A stretch of DNA of 64,000 bases, from IMG/VR virus record IMGVR_UViG_3300046002_008717, positions 32,001 to 96,000 of that record; one strand, written 5' to 3'. The notes under the pieces are model-generated. The model was not told where the DNA came from and did not search any database. It saw only the letters and a list, made by a program, of their open reading frames with translations. The translations under genes were made by a program, and so were the position numbers. Shown one piece after another: positions 28,634 to 38,137 of this stretch; the first letter of the stretch is position 1; each line of letters starts with the position of its first letter. Origin of the DNA: a virus.

Positions 28634-29188
28634 ATGGCAGGATTATCACACTATAACAATGGAATATCGGCAATCAATAAACAGGAGCCTGTTTATTTGA
28701 ATCAATTCGAAGTAAGTATAATACCTCCTGGAGTTATAGCGGGAGGTAAAATATTACTGGAGCATGTCACAAAAGTTAGTGGACTTTCTCTAGATAAAAA
28801 TCCAGGAATAATACAACAGAAATTTAAATTCGCTAAAAGGAATTATGCTGGTGGTAAACCTGAGAATACCTTTATGGATTTGAGTTTAAGTTTTAATGTC
28901 AATTTGGACGAATCTAATTCAATGTATGTTTTCAAAACATTAAGACAATGGTCGGATTTAATATACAATCCGCTAACTGGAGCAATGGGATTAAAAAATG
29001 ATTACGTCGGAACTATAGTCATATCGATATTTAATAAGCAGGGTGATGTATATAGAAGAATTACATGTAAAGATGCATTTCCAATTAAACCTATAACTCC
29101 GATGAATCTAAATTATACATCTACAGATCTATATAAAATAGATGATATGGTTTGGGCAGTTGATGTTTGGGAGGATCTATTCATATAA
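28634..29188 (+). CDS. gp19: Tail tube protein, copy 1
   Basis: NQFEV, RQWSDLI, DAFP, LNY, WAVDVWE; follows the sheath gene. Confidence 0.8.
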   Translation: MAGLSHYNNGISAINKQEPVYLNQFEVSIIPPGVIAGGKILLEHVTKVSGLSLDKNPGIIQQKFKFAKRNYAGGKPENTFMDLSLSFNVNLDESNSMYVFKTLRQWSDLIYNPLTGAMGLKNDYVGTIVISIFNKQGDVYRRITCKDAFPIKPITPMNLNYTSTDLYKIDDMVWAVDVWEDLFI

Positions 29189-29203
29189 AATAATAATAAA
29201 TAA

Positions 29204-29779
29204 ATGTCAGGATTATCACATTTTAACAATTCAAAAGCGGGAATACTTAATAGAGAACCAGTTTTTCTTAACCAATTCTCTCTTATTATAAATCCTCCAG
29301 CAGGAATACTGGATGCAGGAAAACAATTTAATGGAGAAAGTATACTTGCACAGCAAGTAAAATCCATAACAGGATTGGCTGTAGATATCACACCAGCACA
29401 AACAGTGGAGCAACATTATAAATTTGCTACCAGAAGATATGCAGGCGGTGAGCCATCTACTAGTGATATGGCGTTATCTATGGAATTTGAAGTCAATTTG
29501 AATGATAAGAATTCTATGGAAGTATATAAAATATTAAGACAGTGGTCAGATTTAATCTACAACCCTCTAACTGGAGCTATGGGATTGAAAACAGATTACG
29601 TTGGATCTATGCTTATTACTGTATTTAACAAAAGAGGTGATATATTTAGAAAAATTAGAATACCATCATGTTTCTTAAGTGAAGCTATAAACCCAATGGA
29701 TCTTGATTATGAAACTCCAGCTATTTATACAATAACTGCTTCATGGATATGCGATACGTGGGAAGATTTATTCATATAA
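29204..29779 (+). CDS. gp19: Tail tube protein, copy 2 (paralogue)
   Basis: Shares LRQWSDLIYNPLTGAMGLK.DYVG and WEDLFI with copy 1. Confidence 0.8.
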   Translation: MSGLSHFNNSKAGILNREPVFLNQFSLIINPPAGILDAGKQFNGESILAQQVKSITGLAVDITPAQTVEQHYKFATRRYAGGEPSTSDMALSMEFEVNLNDKNSMEVYKILRQWSDLIYNPLTGAMGLKTDYVGSMLITVFNKRGDIFRKIRIPSCFLSEAINPMDLDYETPAIYTITASWICDTWEDLFI

Positions 29780-29800
29780 ACGTTAAAGTTTTCAAAATCC

Positions 29801-29829
29801 GAAACCTTATGTCAATTACAAGCTAAGAT
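29801..29829 (+). promoter_or_regulatory. Putative ECF-type promoter GAAAC-N17-CTAAGAT
   Basis: Same -10-like heptamer as the copy at 41114. Confidence 0.5.
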
Positions 29830-29834
29830 AATTA

Positions 29835-29945
29835 TCTAATGGGACCCGGCGATAAATACTATTACTATATAGTAATCTAAGAGGGTTTAATTTATATTCA
29901 CTAGTTGAACCCTAAACTTATTATCTAACCCCAGTTTTTGAATAA
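29835..29945 (+). ncRNA. Candidate structured small RNA (or 13-codon micro-ORF transcript)
   Basis: Bounded by a promoter motif and a terminator; several complementary segments. Confidence 0.35.
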
Positions 29946-29959
29946 AAGTAATAATTAAT

Positions 29960-29984
29960 AAAGACCTAATTTGGTCTTTTTTTT
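29960..29984 (+). terminator. Intrinsic terminator
   Basis: AAAGACC-TAATTT-GGTCTTT followed by a T run. Confidence 0.8.
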
Positions 29985-30030
29985 ATGTATGGTTATATAT
30001 GTAATATAATAATAAAAATTAATATAAATT

Positions 30031-31059
30031 ATGCAATTAGACATATCACCAGAAGAAATATTGAAAAATAAAGAAATGCAAGGTGGTCTTATTTATGATG
30101 AAGAAATTATAAGTGAAACACCAAAGTCTGATCTAATAGAAACTACACAAGATATAAAGGAAAGTATAGTTTTGGATCCAGAAATAATTTCTGTACCAAA
30201 AGTTGAATCTTCTCTTCCTCCTTCATTTGAATTGGGATGGAAAAATATACCGTTACATATATTACCATCTCGCGGTATTTTTTATCCAGAAGGAACTAGA
30301 ATGGCAATATATCCAGCAGAAGTTAATGAGATACGACATTATTCTACAATAGATGAAGAAGATAGACTAGGTGTCGAAGAAAAACTTGGCTATATATTAG
30401 AGAGGTGTCTTAAAATAGATTTTCCTAATGCTGGTATAGTTTCATATAAACATCTAAAACAAGAGGATAGATTTTTTGTAATAATGGCAATACGTGATTT
30501 ATCGTTCGTTGTAGGTGAAAATGTAATATTACTTACACCCAATAAAAAATGTAAAGATACAGACGAGTGTCCATTTTCTAATGGTATAGAACTTAGAACC
30601 GGTGCTCTAGATTTTTATGAGCTTGATAAGAAAGTATTAAAATATTATAATCCAAAAACTAGAAGTTTTGTATTTAATGTTAAAAAAATTAATAAAAGTA
30701 TAGAAATGTTTATACCTAGTGTAGGAATAAATCAAGCGATTACTAATTTTATGGTATATGCAAATAATAATTCTATAGAAGTGGATGAGGGTTTTATAAA
30801 AATTGCTCCTTTCCTATTTGACGATTGGCAGAAAGTAACCAATACTAGTATACTTTTAGCATTCAGAGAATCTGATAATTGGACTAAAGAAGAATATAGT
30901 TTATATTTCGAATTATCAGAAATTATAAAAATCGGTACAAAACTAGGCATTAAACAAAGATGCCCAGTTTGTGATGAGGAGGTCACTGCCGATATTGCCT
31001 TTCCCTTTGGGCTCAGATCTCTTTTCGTTATTTCAGATATCTTTGGACAATTACTTTGA
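30031..31059 (+). CDS. Baseplate hub / tail assembly protein (T4 gp26-like)
   Basis: LPSRGIFYP, L...DR...MAIR..S, CK...C and CPVC motifs, C-terminal GLRSLF. Confidence 0.65.
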   Translation: MQLDISPEEILKNKEMQGGLIYDEEIISETPKSDLIETTQDIKESIVLDPEIISVPKVESSLPPSFELGWKNIPLHILPSRGIFYPEGTRMAIYPAEVNEIRHYSTIDEEDRLGVEEKLGYILERCLKIDFPNAGIVSYKHLKQEDRFFVIMAIRDLSFVVGENVILLTPNKKCKDTDECPFSNGIELRTGALDFYELDKKVLKYYNPKTRSFVFNVKKINKSIEMFIPSVGINQAITNFMVYANNNSIEVDEGFIKIAPFLFDDWQKVTNTSILLAFRESDNWTKEEYSLYFELSEIIKIGTKLGIKQRCPVCDEEVTADIAFPFGLRSLFVISDIFGQLL

Positions 31060-31231
31060 TATTAAATTCAGATTACGGGCGGAACATAAAGTTGATATGA
31101 TATGGATAGAAAATATACCATATTACGAATATCAAATATTTCTTGACGGCTTAAATAAAAAAATAGAAAAAGATAATATGGAAGCCCAATCCAGTGATGG
31201 TGTAAAAGAGCTGTTTAACTTTAAAAAATAA
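30974..31231 (+). CDS. Baseplate assembly protein (T4-like gp51 type); start uncertain, overlaps the upstream gene in the +1 frame
   Basis: SLDNYFDIKFRL..EHK.....IENIPYYEYQIFL matches the gp51-like pattern. Confidence 0.6.
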   Translation: MRRSLPILPFPLGSDLFSLFQISLDNYFDIKFRLRAEHKVDMIWIENIPYYEYQIFLDGLNKKIEKDNMEAQSSDGVKELFNFKK

Positions 31232-31239
31232 GATATATA
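31232..31239 (+). promoter_or_regulatory. Putative late promoter GATATATA
   Basis: Recurrent motif, only 7 nt before the ATG. Confidence 0.45.
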
Positions 31240-31246
31240 TTGTTAT

Positions 31247-32764
31247 ATGGCAGCAAGTGATCCCAAATTAATAGCACAATTACTAGATCTTAGTAGAAGT
31301 GTTAGCAGTCTTACATTGGAAGTTAAAAAAAATACCAATGTAAATTCCTCATTGACAGAAATAAATGAGGACATAAAAGAATCCAATGATATAGGAAAGG
31401 TTGCGGACGCTTTAAAAAATATAAATATAAAAGACCTAAAATCTGAATTTGGTTCTTTATCCAAAAGTTTAAAGGATCTTGATTTTAATAATATAGCCAA
31501 AGAATTAAAAAATATAAATACTAAATCTGATGTTCTTAAAGATCTTGATATAAAAAAAATATCAGAGGGATTAAATGGATTAAAAAAATTAGATTTTAAA
31601 AACATAGCTAAAGATATAGGTAAAGACTTCGGTAAGGACCTTATTAAAAATGTTGATCTATCTAAAGGAATAGGCGGAATTAAGGATGTAGTTTCTGGAT
31701 CTATCGGAGGTATAGGTAAAAAATTATTAGGTGCATTTGAGAACGGTGGGGATGTAAAGAAAAGTGGCAATTATTTGGTCGGAGAAAAAGGTCCGGAAAT
31801 AGTTGATCTAAAAAAAGGTGCTAATGTTATATCAAATAGTAATTTATCAGGGCTTAGCAAAAAAATTAAAGATACCCCAACAGCATCAGAAATAGAGGAA
31901 AAAAAGAAAAACCTAATTAAAGAGGATCCTGAATATTTAAGAGATCCTAAATATTTAGCTGATGAAATTGAATATTACATAGATAGCTACGATAGGAAGA
32001 AAAACCAGAAGGCATTTAGTAAAAATGACTTTGCGAATTTATTAGCTCCTATTGCTAAGAAAAAAGAGGATGAAAAAATAGCAGGCCCTACGAATAAAAA
32101 TGTTTTAAAGCCTAAACTAGAAGAGACAAAAATAGAAAACAATATAGTTACTAAAAAACCAAATCTTCTTTCTAAAATACAGGGAACATTAAATAGCGAT
32201 GATATATTCAATAATATAACTCCTAATAAAATAATTGGGGGAGCAGCTAAACTTATAAACAAGAATAATAACCCATTAGTTAAAAACGGTCTTAATATTG
32301 CAACTAATCTATTATCTAATAAATCATCATTAAAATTTAATGATATTGCTAAGGGTGTAATGAATAATCCAGAAATCAATGCTATTACTAGCAAGATATC
32401 TAAGATCGGTGATTTTGGAATAGGTGGGGGTATTAAAAAAAATCTTACTAAATTATCAATTCCATTAGCATCTAAAAATAATCAGGAAGCCATTCAACCC
32501 GATTCTGGTACATCCTCTAATAACAATGAACAAAAAATACAGGTACCAAATCAAATAAAAAACGAACCTAATTATCAGGAAGTTGCTAAAACTGAAAACG
32601 CAGTTAGTACGAAGACAGCAGAGAATGTACAATCTGAGGGCTTATCTAAAATTGATGCTGATAATATGATAAGATTATTATCTGAGATGGTTAATTTATT
32701 AAAAGGTCCTCTTAGTGTATCTCCGATGGACTCCCCATTTAGACCAAATTCAAGAAAAGTATAA
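31247..32764 (+). CDS. Tape-measure/baseplate hub-like protein
   Basis: FENGG.V...GNYLVGEKGPEIV motif typical of tape-measure-associated regions; LK.LD(F/I)..I helical repeats. Confidence 0.5.
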   Translation: MAASDPKLIAQLLDLSRSVSSLTLEVKKNTNVNSSLTEINEDIKESNDIGKVADALKNINIKDLKSEFGSLSKSLKDLDFNNIAKELKNINTKSDVLKDLDIKKISEGLNGLKKLDFKNIAKDIGKDFGKDLIKNVDLSKGIGGIKDVVSGSIGGIGKKLLGAFENGGDVKKSGNYLVGEKGPEIVDLKKGANVISNSNLSGLSKKIKDTPTASEIEEKKKNLIKEDPEYLRDPKYLADEIEYYIDSYDRKKNQKAFSKNDFANLLAPIAKKKEDEKIAGPTNKNVLKPKLEETKIENNIVTKKPNLLSKIQGTLNSDDIFNNITPNKIIGGAAKLINKNNNPLVKNGLNIATNLLSNKSSLKFNDIAKGVMNNPEINAITSKISKIGDFGIGGGIKKNLTKLSIPLASKNNQEAIQPDSGTSSNNNEQKIQVPNQIKNEPNYQEVAKTENAVSTKTAENVQSEGLSKIDADNMIRLLSEMVNLLKGPLSVSPMDSPFRPNSRKV

Positions 32765-32791
32765 TAAATAATCTGCATTTTATTTTTTTTA

Positions 32792-32813
32792 CCGTATTTA
32801 TAAAATATATTTG
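32792..32813 (+). promoter_or_regulatory. Putative host (Bacteroidota-type) early promoter CCGTATT-N7-TATATTTG
   Basis: TAnnTTTG -7 element; identical architecture at 45364-45385. Confidence 0.65.
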
Positions 32814-32828
32814 CGATAAAAATAAAAC

Positions 32829-33425
32829 ATGGATAAAAAAATCGGGAAAGATAGTATAACTAGTAATGGCCTGCATTTTCATAAAGGATTAAATTTTATG
32901 GATGATATATTCATGTCTCATAAGATGTGGGTAGTTAAAAAATCAAAATACGAGGGGGAATATATCGAAGCTTATTCTGATGATGTAGATTCTCCATTTT
33001 TATATCCAGATTATGGATCAAAAGATGAATTATATTTAGAGATGGCATCAGTGTGGTCAAAAAATTCTCATTGTTCCAGAATGAAAGTTGGATGTCTTAT
33101 AATCAATAACAAATCTATAATTTCCGATGGTTATAATGGATCACCAGAGGGATTTCCTAACGTGTGCGAGAGCGATGATAATATAACCCTCCCGTACGTA
33201 TTACACGCGGAAGCAAATGCAATTACCAAATTAGCAAAAGGTACGCAAAGCTCGATTGGATCAACTTTATATGTAACATTATCGCCATGTTATGAATGTT
33301 CCAAATTAATTATACAGTCGGGGATTAAAAAAATTGTATTTTCTGAGGTATATAGAAACCCTGAATCAATTTTTTTCTTAATAGAAGCAGGAATAGAGGT
33401 TTTAAAAATAGATAGAAATAAATAA
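32829..33425 (+). CDS. dCMP deaminase (with N-terminal extension)
   Basis: S.C.R.KVGC, GYNG, HAEANAI, PCYEC. Confidence 0.92.
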   Translation: MDKKIGKDSITSNGLHFHKGLNFMDDIFMSHKMWVVKKSKYEGEYIEAYSDDVDSPFLYPDYGSKDELYLEMASVWSKNSHCSRMKVGCLIINNKSIISDGYNGSPEGFPNVCESDDNITLPYVLHAEANAITKLAKGTQSSIGSTLYVTLSPCYECSKLIIQSGIKKIVFSEVYRNPESIFFLIEAGIEVLKIDRNK

Positions 33426-33426
33426 T

Positions 33427-34038
33427 ATGAAAAAAGAAACAAGCATTCAGAAGTTGGCTGAGAATTTTATAAATAACAAATCAGAGAAAACATTTAAATA
33501 TCTATTTGAAAGATTGAGACCCGGCTTATTAAATCATTGTTATCTAATACTGAAAGAAAATGATCTAGCCGAAGATGCTTTTTTAAGCGCCATGGCTAAA
33601 GTATATTTTAAAATAGATCAATACCAACAGGACAAGGGTAATTTTTCAACATGGTGTTATAATATAGGCAAAAATGAGTCATTGCTTATCATAAAGGAGA
33701 GAAAAAAATACTATTCGCATAATGATACGGAAATGGAATTTATTTCTGCAAAAAATGAAATAGGCGATATAGGTGGTTATTATGTGATGGAGGATGATAG
33801 TACAAATTCATTCTTTAATGATGAAAATAAATTCGAAATGATATATGAAGCAGTATTGGAGGAAATAAGGGATCTACCCGATCTATATAGAGATATCATG
33901 ATAGACAGGGAATTGCATAAAATGAAATATAAGGACATAGCAGAAAAGTATGATATGAAAAAAAGATCAGTAGCAACCAGAATTAGAAGAGCTAGAAATA
34001 AAATAACTAAGAAAATAGAAGAAAACCCAAAAATGTAG
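33427..34038 (+). CDS. ECF-type RNA polymerase sigma factor
   Basis: Region 2: AEDAF...FSTWCYNIGKN. Region 4: LP..YR......KYKDIAE......VATRIRRAR. Confidence 0.88.
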   Translation: MKKETSIQKLAENFINNKSEKTFKYLFERLRPGLLNHCYLILKENDLAEDAFLSAMAKVYFKIDQYQQDKGNFSTWCYNIGKNESLLIIKERKKYYSHNDTEMEFISAKNEIGDIGGYYVMEDDSTNSFFNDENKFEMIYEAVLEEIRDLPDLYRDIMIDRELHKMKYKDIAEKYDMKKRSVATRIRRARNKITKKIEENPKM

Positions 34039-34066
34039 GAAACCTTACATTTTTATTATCTATAAA
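34039..34066 (+). promoter_or_regulatory. Putative ECF-type promoter GAAAC-N16-CTATAAA
   Basis: Recurrent bipartite motif. Confidence 0.55.
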
Positions 34067-34084
34067 TAATAAAATATCAAAACC

Positions 34085-34528
34085 ATGTTTAGAATATTTA
34101 AAGTAATAAAAGAAATAATATTATATAGGGAATATATAAAAACTATAAAATACGAGGCTATGAATTCTCCTCTATGGAGTAGGAGAAATTTAAGAATCGA
34201 TTATCTTAATCGTATATACACTGTTGTTAATTTGCCAGCTGCTATATTGATGTCTACCGATTTACCAAAGGATGCTAGACCTTCATTTGTTATAAACGAA
34301 ATAAAACCAACTAACGAATATTTAAAATCCATAAATTTGGAGGAAATCCTTACTATGTGGATAGAACCTATAAAAAATACAAATGAGGAATCTTATCTTG
34401 TTGTATATCAATTTTTGTTTAGACAAATAAGTTGGTTATGGATTCTTAGATTTATCACACAATTGGTATTAATATTTTTAATAATTTATAATTTTAGTAC
34501 TATATCTACATTTTTTAATAGTCTGTGA
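34085..34528 (+). CDS. Hypothetical protein with a C-terminal transmembrane segment
   Basis: Hydrophobic WLWILRFITQLVLIFLIIY. Confidence 0.7.
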   Translation: MFRIFKVIKEIILYREYIKTIKYEAMNSPLWSRRNLRIDYLNRIYTVVNLPAAILMSTDLPKDARPSFVINEIKPTNEYLKSINLEEILTMWIEPIKNTNEESYLVVYQFLFRQISWLWILRFITQLVLIFLIIYNFSTISTFFNSL

Positions 34529-35343
34529 ATGAAATATTAGAAACAAAAAGAATTGAAATAAATAAAAAATTTGAATTCTTTAATGATCCCAAATTTATTT
34601 TTGAAGAAGATAAACATGTCTATACATATGATGGTGTAAAATTTGATTCAGTTACAACATTTATTAAGATATTCAAAAAACCATTCGATTTAGATTTTTG
34701 GTCTAAGAAAAAAGCATATGAAAGAAATGTTGACGTTTCTGTTGTACTTGATGAATGGGAAGAAAAAGGTAACGTAGCAAATATATTAGGTACAGCAGTA
34801 CATGCTTTTATAGAAGATTTTCTAAGTGGTAGAAACCCTGATATTCCTATTGAGGATGGAAAATCACAGTATGCTTTTAGAGTTAATAATTTTTTAAAAT
34901 TCTACGAAAGAAAATTAAAGCAATTAGTACCTCTTAAATCTGAGCTTAAAGTATTTTCCAGAAAATGGAGATTGGCAGGGACAATAGATCAGCCATTTCT
35001 ATTTTGGGATAACGAAAGACAAAAAATCCTATTTTTAATAGGGGATTGGAAAACTAATGGTGTATTTAAGAGCGATCTTCATAAGAAGGGAAAATATACA
35101 AAGTTGCTTAGACCTTTCTCTAATTTATGGGAGAATCATCTAAATGAATATTCTATACAAATAAGTTTATATAGACTTATATTGGAAGAAGAATTGGGTA
35201 TAGCAACCGATGGTGGTTTTTTATGCCACATTGGACCTGATACTGAGGTAAAGATGTATCCAGTATTGGATTTAAGAGAACCACTAAAAGCATATCTGGA
35301 TCAAAATAGATGTGATAATTTCGATATTTATGATTTAAATTAA
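34525..35343 (+). CDS. PD-(D/E)XK exonuclease
   Basis: SVTT, GTAVH, E....LAGTID, DWKT, Y..Q.SLY. Confidence 0.85.
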   Translation: MNEILETKRIEINKKFEFFNDPKFIFEEDKHVYTYDGVKFDSVTTFIKIFKKPFDLDFWSKKKAYERNVDVSVVLDEWEEKGNVANILGTAVHAFIEDFLSGRNPDIPIEDGKSQYAFRVNNFLKFYERKLKQLVPLKSELKVFSRKWRLAGTIDQPFLFWDNERQKILFLIGDWKTNGVFKSDLHKKGKYTKLLRPFSNLWENHLNEYSIQISLYRLILEEELGIATDGGFLCHIGPDTEVKMYPVLDLREPLKAYLDQNRCDNFDIYDLN

Positions 35344-35371
35344 GAAACCTTTTTAAAAATTACACTTAAAT
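35344..35371 (+). promoter_or_regulatory. Putative ECF-type promoter GAAAC-N16-CTTAAAT
   Basis: Recurrent bipartite motif (variant -10). Confidence 0.5.
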
Positions 35372-35391
35372 ATATAAAATAATAAAATATT

Positions 35392-35928
35392 ATGTCACAA
35401 AAAGATAAAAAAGAAAAAACACAAAAAGTAATAGCTATGGATGTTAATGGACCAGAACCAGCAAACTTCGATATAAATGATACAGATAATCCTGGATTTA
35501 GCGTTGATAATAATCTGATTAACGAATTAAGGGAAAAAATAATAGTTAAGAAAAAAGAACTTGCCGATAATGTATATGCTGTAACGTGTTCTAATGAATT
35601 ATTTTCTGCATATAAAGATTTTGTAAAGTTTGAGGCTGAATGGTCTTCTACTGAGGCTATTGGTATTATTGAATTGGATAAGCAAATAAATAAGATATTA
35701 GGTGAAGGTATTAAGGATGGCGTAGTTTATCTTAGTGGACTTCATTTGGAAGCTAGTCATTATTTTATATCTAAAATGAAAGGTAAGGGATTAGACGAAG
35801 CTAAGAAATTTATTGCATTATATAAGCCTTTTGATCAGGCATTATCAGATGTTAAAAAAGAAGCAGGTATAGTAAAAGACTTAGAATCACAGTATAATGC
35901 AGCAATGCAAGGTGTTACTTTGGGATAA
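35392..35928 (+). CDS. Hypothetical protein
   Basis: Clean ORF flanked by a promoter motif and a terminator. Confidence 0.75.
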   Translation: MSQKDKKEKTQKVIAMDVNGPEPANFDINDTDNPGFSVDNNLINELREKIIVKKKELADNVYAVTCSNELFSAYKDFVKFEAEWSSTEAIGIIELDKQINKILGEGIKDGVVYLSGLHLEASHYFISKMKGKGLDEAKKFIALYKPFDQALSDVKKEAGIVKDLESQYNAAMQGVTLG

Positions 35929-35950
35929 TTATAAAAACTATAAAAATTAT

Positions 35951-35982
35951 AAAAAAGCTAGTATATCACTAGCTTTTTTTTT
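35951..35982 (+). terminator. Intrinsic terminator
   Basis: AAAAAAGCTAGT-ATATC-ACTAGCTTTTTT plus T run. Confidence 0.85.
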
Positions 35983-35997
35983 ATACATATATTTTTA

Positions 35998-36005
35998 GAT
36001 ATATA
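35998..36005 (+). promoter_or_regulatory. Putative late promoter GATATATA
   Basis: Recurrent motif. Confidence 0.6.
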
Positions 36006-36022
36006 ATATAAAAATATATGAT

Positions 36023-36319
36023 ATGGAAAAATTTGAAGAGTTTATAGCAAAAAATGGGAGATATATCGTAATTCTTTTATTACTGTTAATTTATGTTAAA
36101 TCGTGCAATTCTGATAATAATAGTGAATTCAATAGAAAATCTCTAAAAGAGATAAATAATAGAATAGATAGGTTACCTACATACAAAGATCTCCAAATAG
36201 AAGGATTAAAAAATGAAAAGAGAATGATACAATCTACTAATAGAAGAATTTTGGATGTTAATAGACAGACCGAGATTGATTTGGAGATAACTAAATTAAG
36301 ATCTGATTCATCTAAATAA
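36023..36319 (+). CDS. Small membrane-anchored or lipoprotein-like coiled-coil protein
   Basis: YIVILLLLLIYVKSC followed by a coiled coil. Confidence 0.6.
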   Translation: MEKFEEFIAKNGRYIVILLLLLIYVKSCNSDNNSEFNRKSLKEINNRIDRLPTYKDLQIEGLKNEKRMIQSTNRRILDVNRQTEIDLEITKLRSDSSK

Positions 36320-36322
36320 TAT

Positions 36323-36919
36323 ATGGGAAAAAATAAATTAGTAAAAGGATCGATAATAGGGATATTTATATTTCTTTATTTAATGGTGTCGACCATTTCT
36401 ATGATAAATTCATTTGATTTTTTCCATTTATCTCAGGGAGATACAATGGCTTGGGTATTAGCAGTATCTTTTGAATTGGGGTCAGCGTGTTCTTTGGCTT
36501 CTTTGATAATATTGAATAGAATAAACAAAACCATAGTATGGATGTTATTTATTACATTGACATCGTTTCAAATAATGAATAACGTATATCACACATATAT
36601 CAATCTTAATGATTTTAAGGGATGGATAGAACTATTTGGACTTGAGGATGAAGAGATAATATATCAGAAAAGAATATTATCAATAATAAGCGGTGCAATA
36701 TTACCTTTAATTTCTCTTGGGTTTATAAAATCATTGGTTGATTATATAAACCCTGATGATGTAAAGATGGATGATTCTATATTATTAGAAACTGTATTGT
36801 CTGATGATAATGTAGAAAATATTAAAGTAGAGGAGATTAAAAGTGATGATATAAATACAGAAAGCAGTATTAATAATAACCAATATATTTCACACGTAGA
36901 CCCAACTAAATTAAAATAA
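36323..36919 (+). CDS. Integral membrane protein (about 4 TM)
   Basis: Four hydrophobic segments and an acidic tail. Confidence 0.7.
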   Translation: MGKNKLVKGSIIGIFIFLYLMVSTISMINSFDFFHLSQGDTMAWVLAVSFELGSACSLASLIILNRINKTIVWMLFITLTSFQIMNNVYHTYINLNDFKGWIELFGLEDEEIIYQKRILSIISGAILPLISLGFIKSLVDYINPDDVKMDDSILLETVLSDDNVENIKVEEIKSDDINTESSINNNQYISHVDPTKLK

Positions 36920-36928
36920 ATAATAAAA

Positions 36929-37603
36929 GTGTCAAACTCAGAAGATCAAAATATTAATAATTTCGGTGGTGGTGATTCTTCTAGTGCTGGAGGATCCATA
37001 TTATCAGGTGGTGGAGCAGATTTCACAACTGAACCAGGAGCAAGCGGTGGATTTAAGACCGAATATAAAAACATAGCGCCCAACGAAACATTGGGCATGG
37101 ATGTAGTAAATGCAACATTTAAAAGGTTTAATGATCCTAGTAAACTTAGATTTATTAAAAGCTCATTTGAGGTAATCAAGGGACACGAAACATTGGATCT
37201 CATAGATCTTAGTACATTTTTTCATCCCCTTCAGAGTTTCTCTGATATCGAAAAACAGACTATGGTAATAGGATCTATGACTTCTGTTAATATGAGTCCA
37301 TCATCATTCGGAAATACTAAGGGAGAAGTTTCTCTAATAATAGCTAGAGCCTATTATCTTCCCGAATCTGAACTTGATGAGCGTGTTCTATTTTGGGATT
37401 ATTTGGGGTCTCAACGAAATATAATGGGAAAATTCATGGTATTAACTGGAGCAGTTAAGGATGGATACGTATGGAAAGGATGGGACGTTGATCCATTTTT
37501 AACATATAACCATGCAGAACCAGCAAATAATGGGCTAGGAGGACTTATATTTAGCAATCCAACCCCGCATAATGTAAAATTAGTAGTAATAATAGCAAAT
37601 TAA
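36929..37603 (+). CDS. Hypothetical (probably virion) protein, paralogue A; GTG start
   Basis: Shares G.VS.II..A, L.W.Y.G...MG..M.L.G, GWD and GG.IF.N with the next ORF. Confidence 0.7.
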   Translation: MSNSEDQNINNFGGGDSSSAGGSILSGGGADFTTEPGASGGFKTEYKNIAPNETLGMDVVNATFKRFNDPSKLRFIKSSFEVIKGHETLDLIDLSTFFHPLQSFSDIEKQTMVIGSMTSVNMSPSSFGNTKGEVSLIIARAYYLPESELDERVLFWDYLGSQRNIMGKFMVLTGAVKDGYVWKGWDVDPFLTYNHAEPANNGLGGLIFSNPTPHNVKLVVIIAN

Positions 37604-37604
37604 T

Positions 37605-38099
37605 ATGGCAACAAGACCTATAGAATGCCCATACACCACACCGGAGGGACTTAAGTTTAATAATGGTAATTTAGTGCTAGATAACGGTAGCATGAATCTA
37701 GAGAGTTTTCTATATATGAAGGATCTGGATTTAGATATTAGTACTTTTGCTAGAAATAAGGTAACATTAAAGCCACAAACATGTTTTATGTTAACAGAAA
37801 ATAATATAGGAGATGATATGGGATACGTATCATTTATTATAGTAAAGGCTATATTTCCAGCAGGTATAGTAGAATCTAAAAAATATCTGGAATGGACATA
37901 TAATGGTAATACCAATACGATGGGAGAACTAATGATTTTATCCGGGGATCGAATATCAGCAAGTGATTCGACATACGAGGGATGGGATCTTTCCAAACCT
38001 GGTGGATATACCGACGGGTCTGTAGGAGCTGGTGGTATAATCTTTTGTAATACTAGCGTAGATCTTTCTATTAAATTAGAAATGTTAATAGCTAGATAA
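37605..38099 (+). CDS. Hypothetical (probably virion) protein, paralogue B
   Basis: Same shared motifs as the previous ORF. Confidence 0.7.
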   Translation: MATRPIECPYTTPEGLKFNNGNLVLDNGSMNLESFLYMKDLDLDISTFARNKVTLKPQTCFMLTENNIGDDMGYVSFIIVKAIFPAGIVESKKYLEWTYNGNTNTMGELMILSGDRISASDSTYEGWDLSKPGGYTDGSVGAGGIIFCNTSVDLSIKLEMLIAR

Positions 38100-38129
38100 T
38101 AATATAGTAAAATTTCATATCTCTATGTA

Positions 38130-38137
38130 GATATATA
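38130..38137 (+). promoter_or_regulatory. Putative late promoter GATATATA
   Basis: Recurrent motif. Confidence 0.65.

Noticed and set aside
29876-29920. Hammerhead-like layout (CTAAGAG-stem-CTAAAC), or tRNA/tmRNA
   Set aside because: Invariant CUGANGA and GAAA cores are not matched; no T-loop/CCA or cloverleaf
34525-35343. Cas4 / CRISPR adaptation gene
   Set aside because: PD-(D/E)XK nuclease lacking the four-Cys Fe-S motif; no array or cas genes nearby
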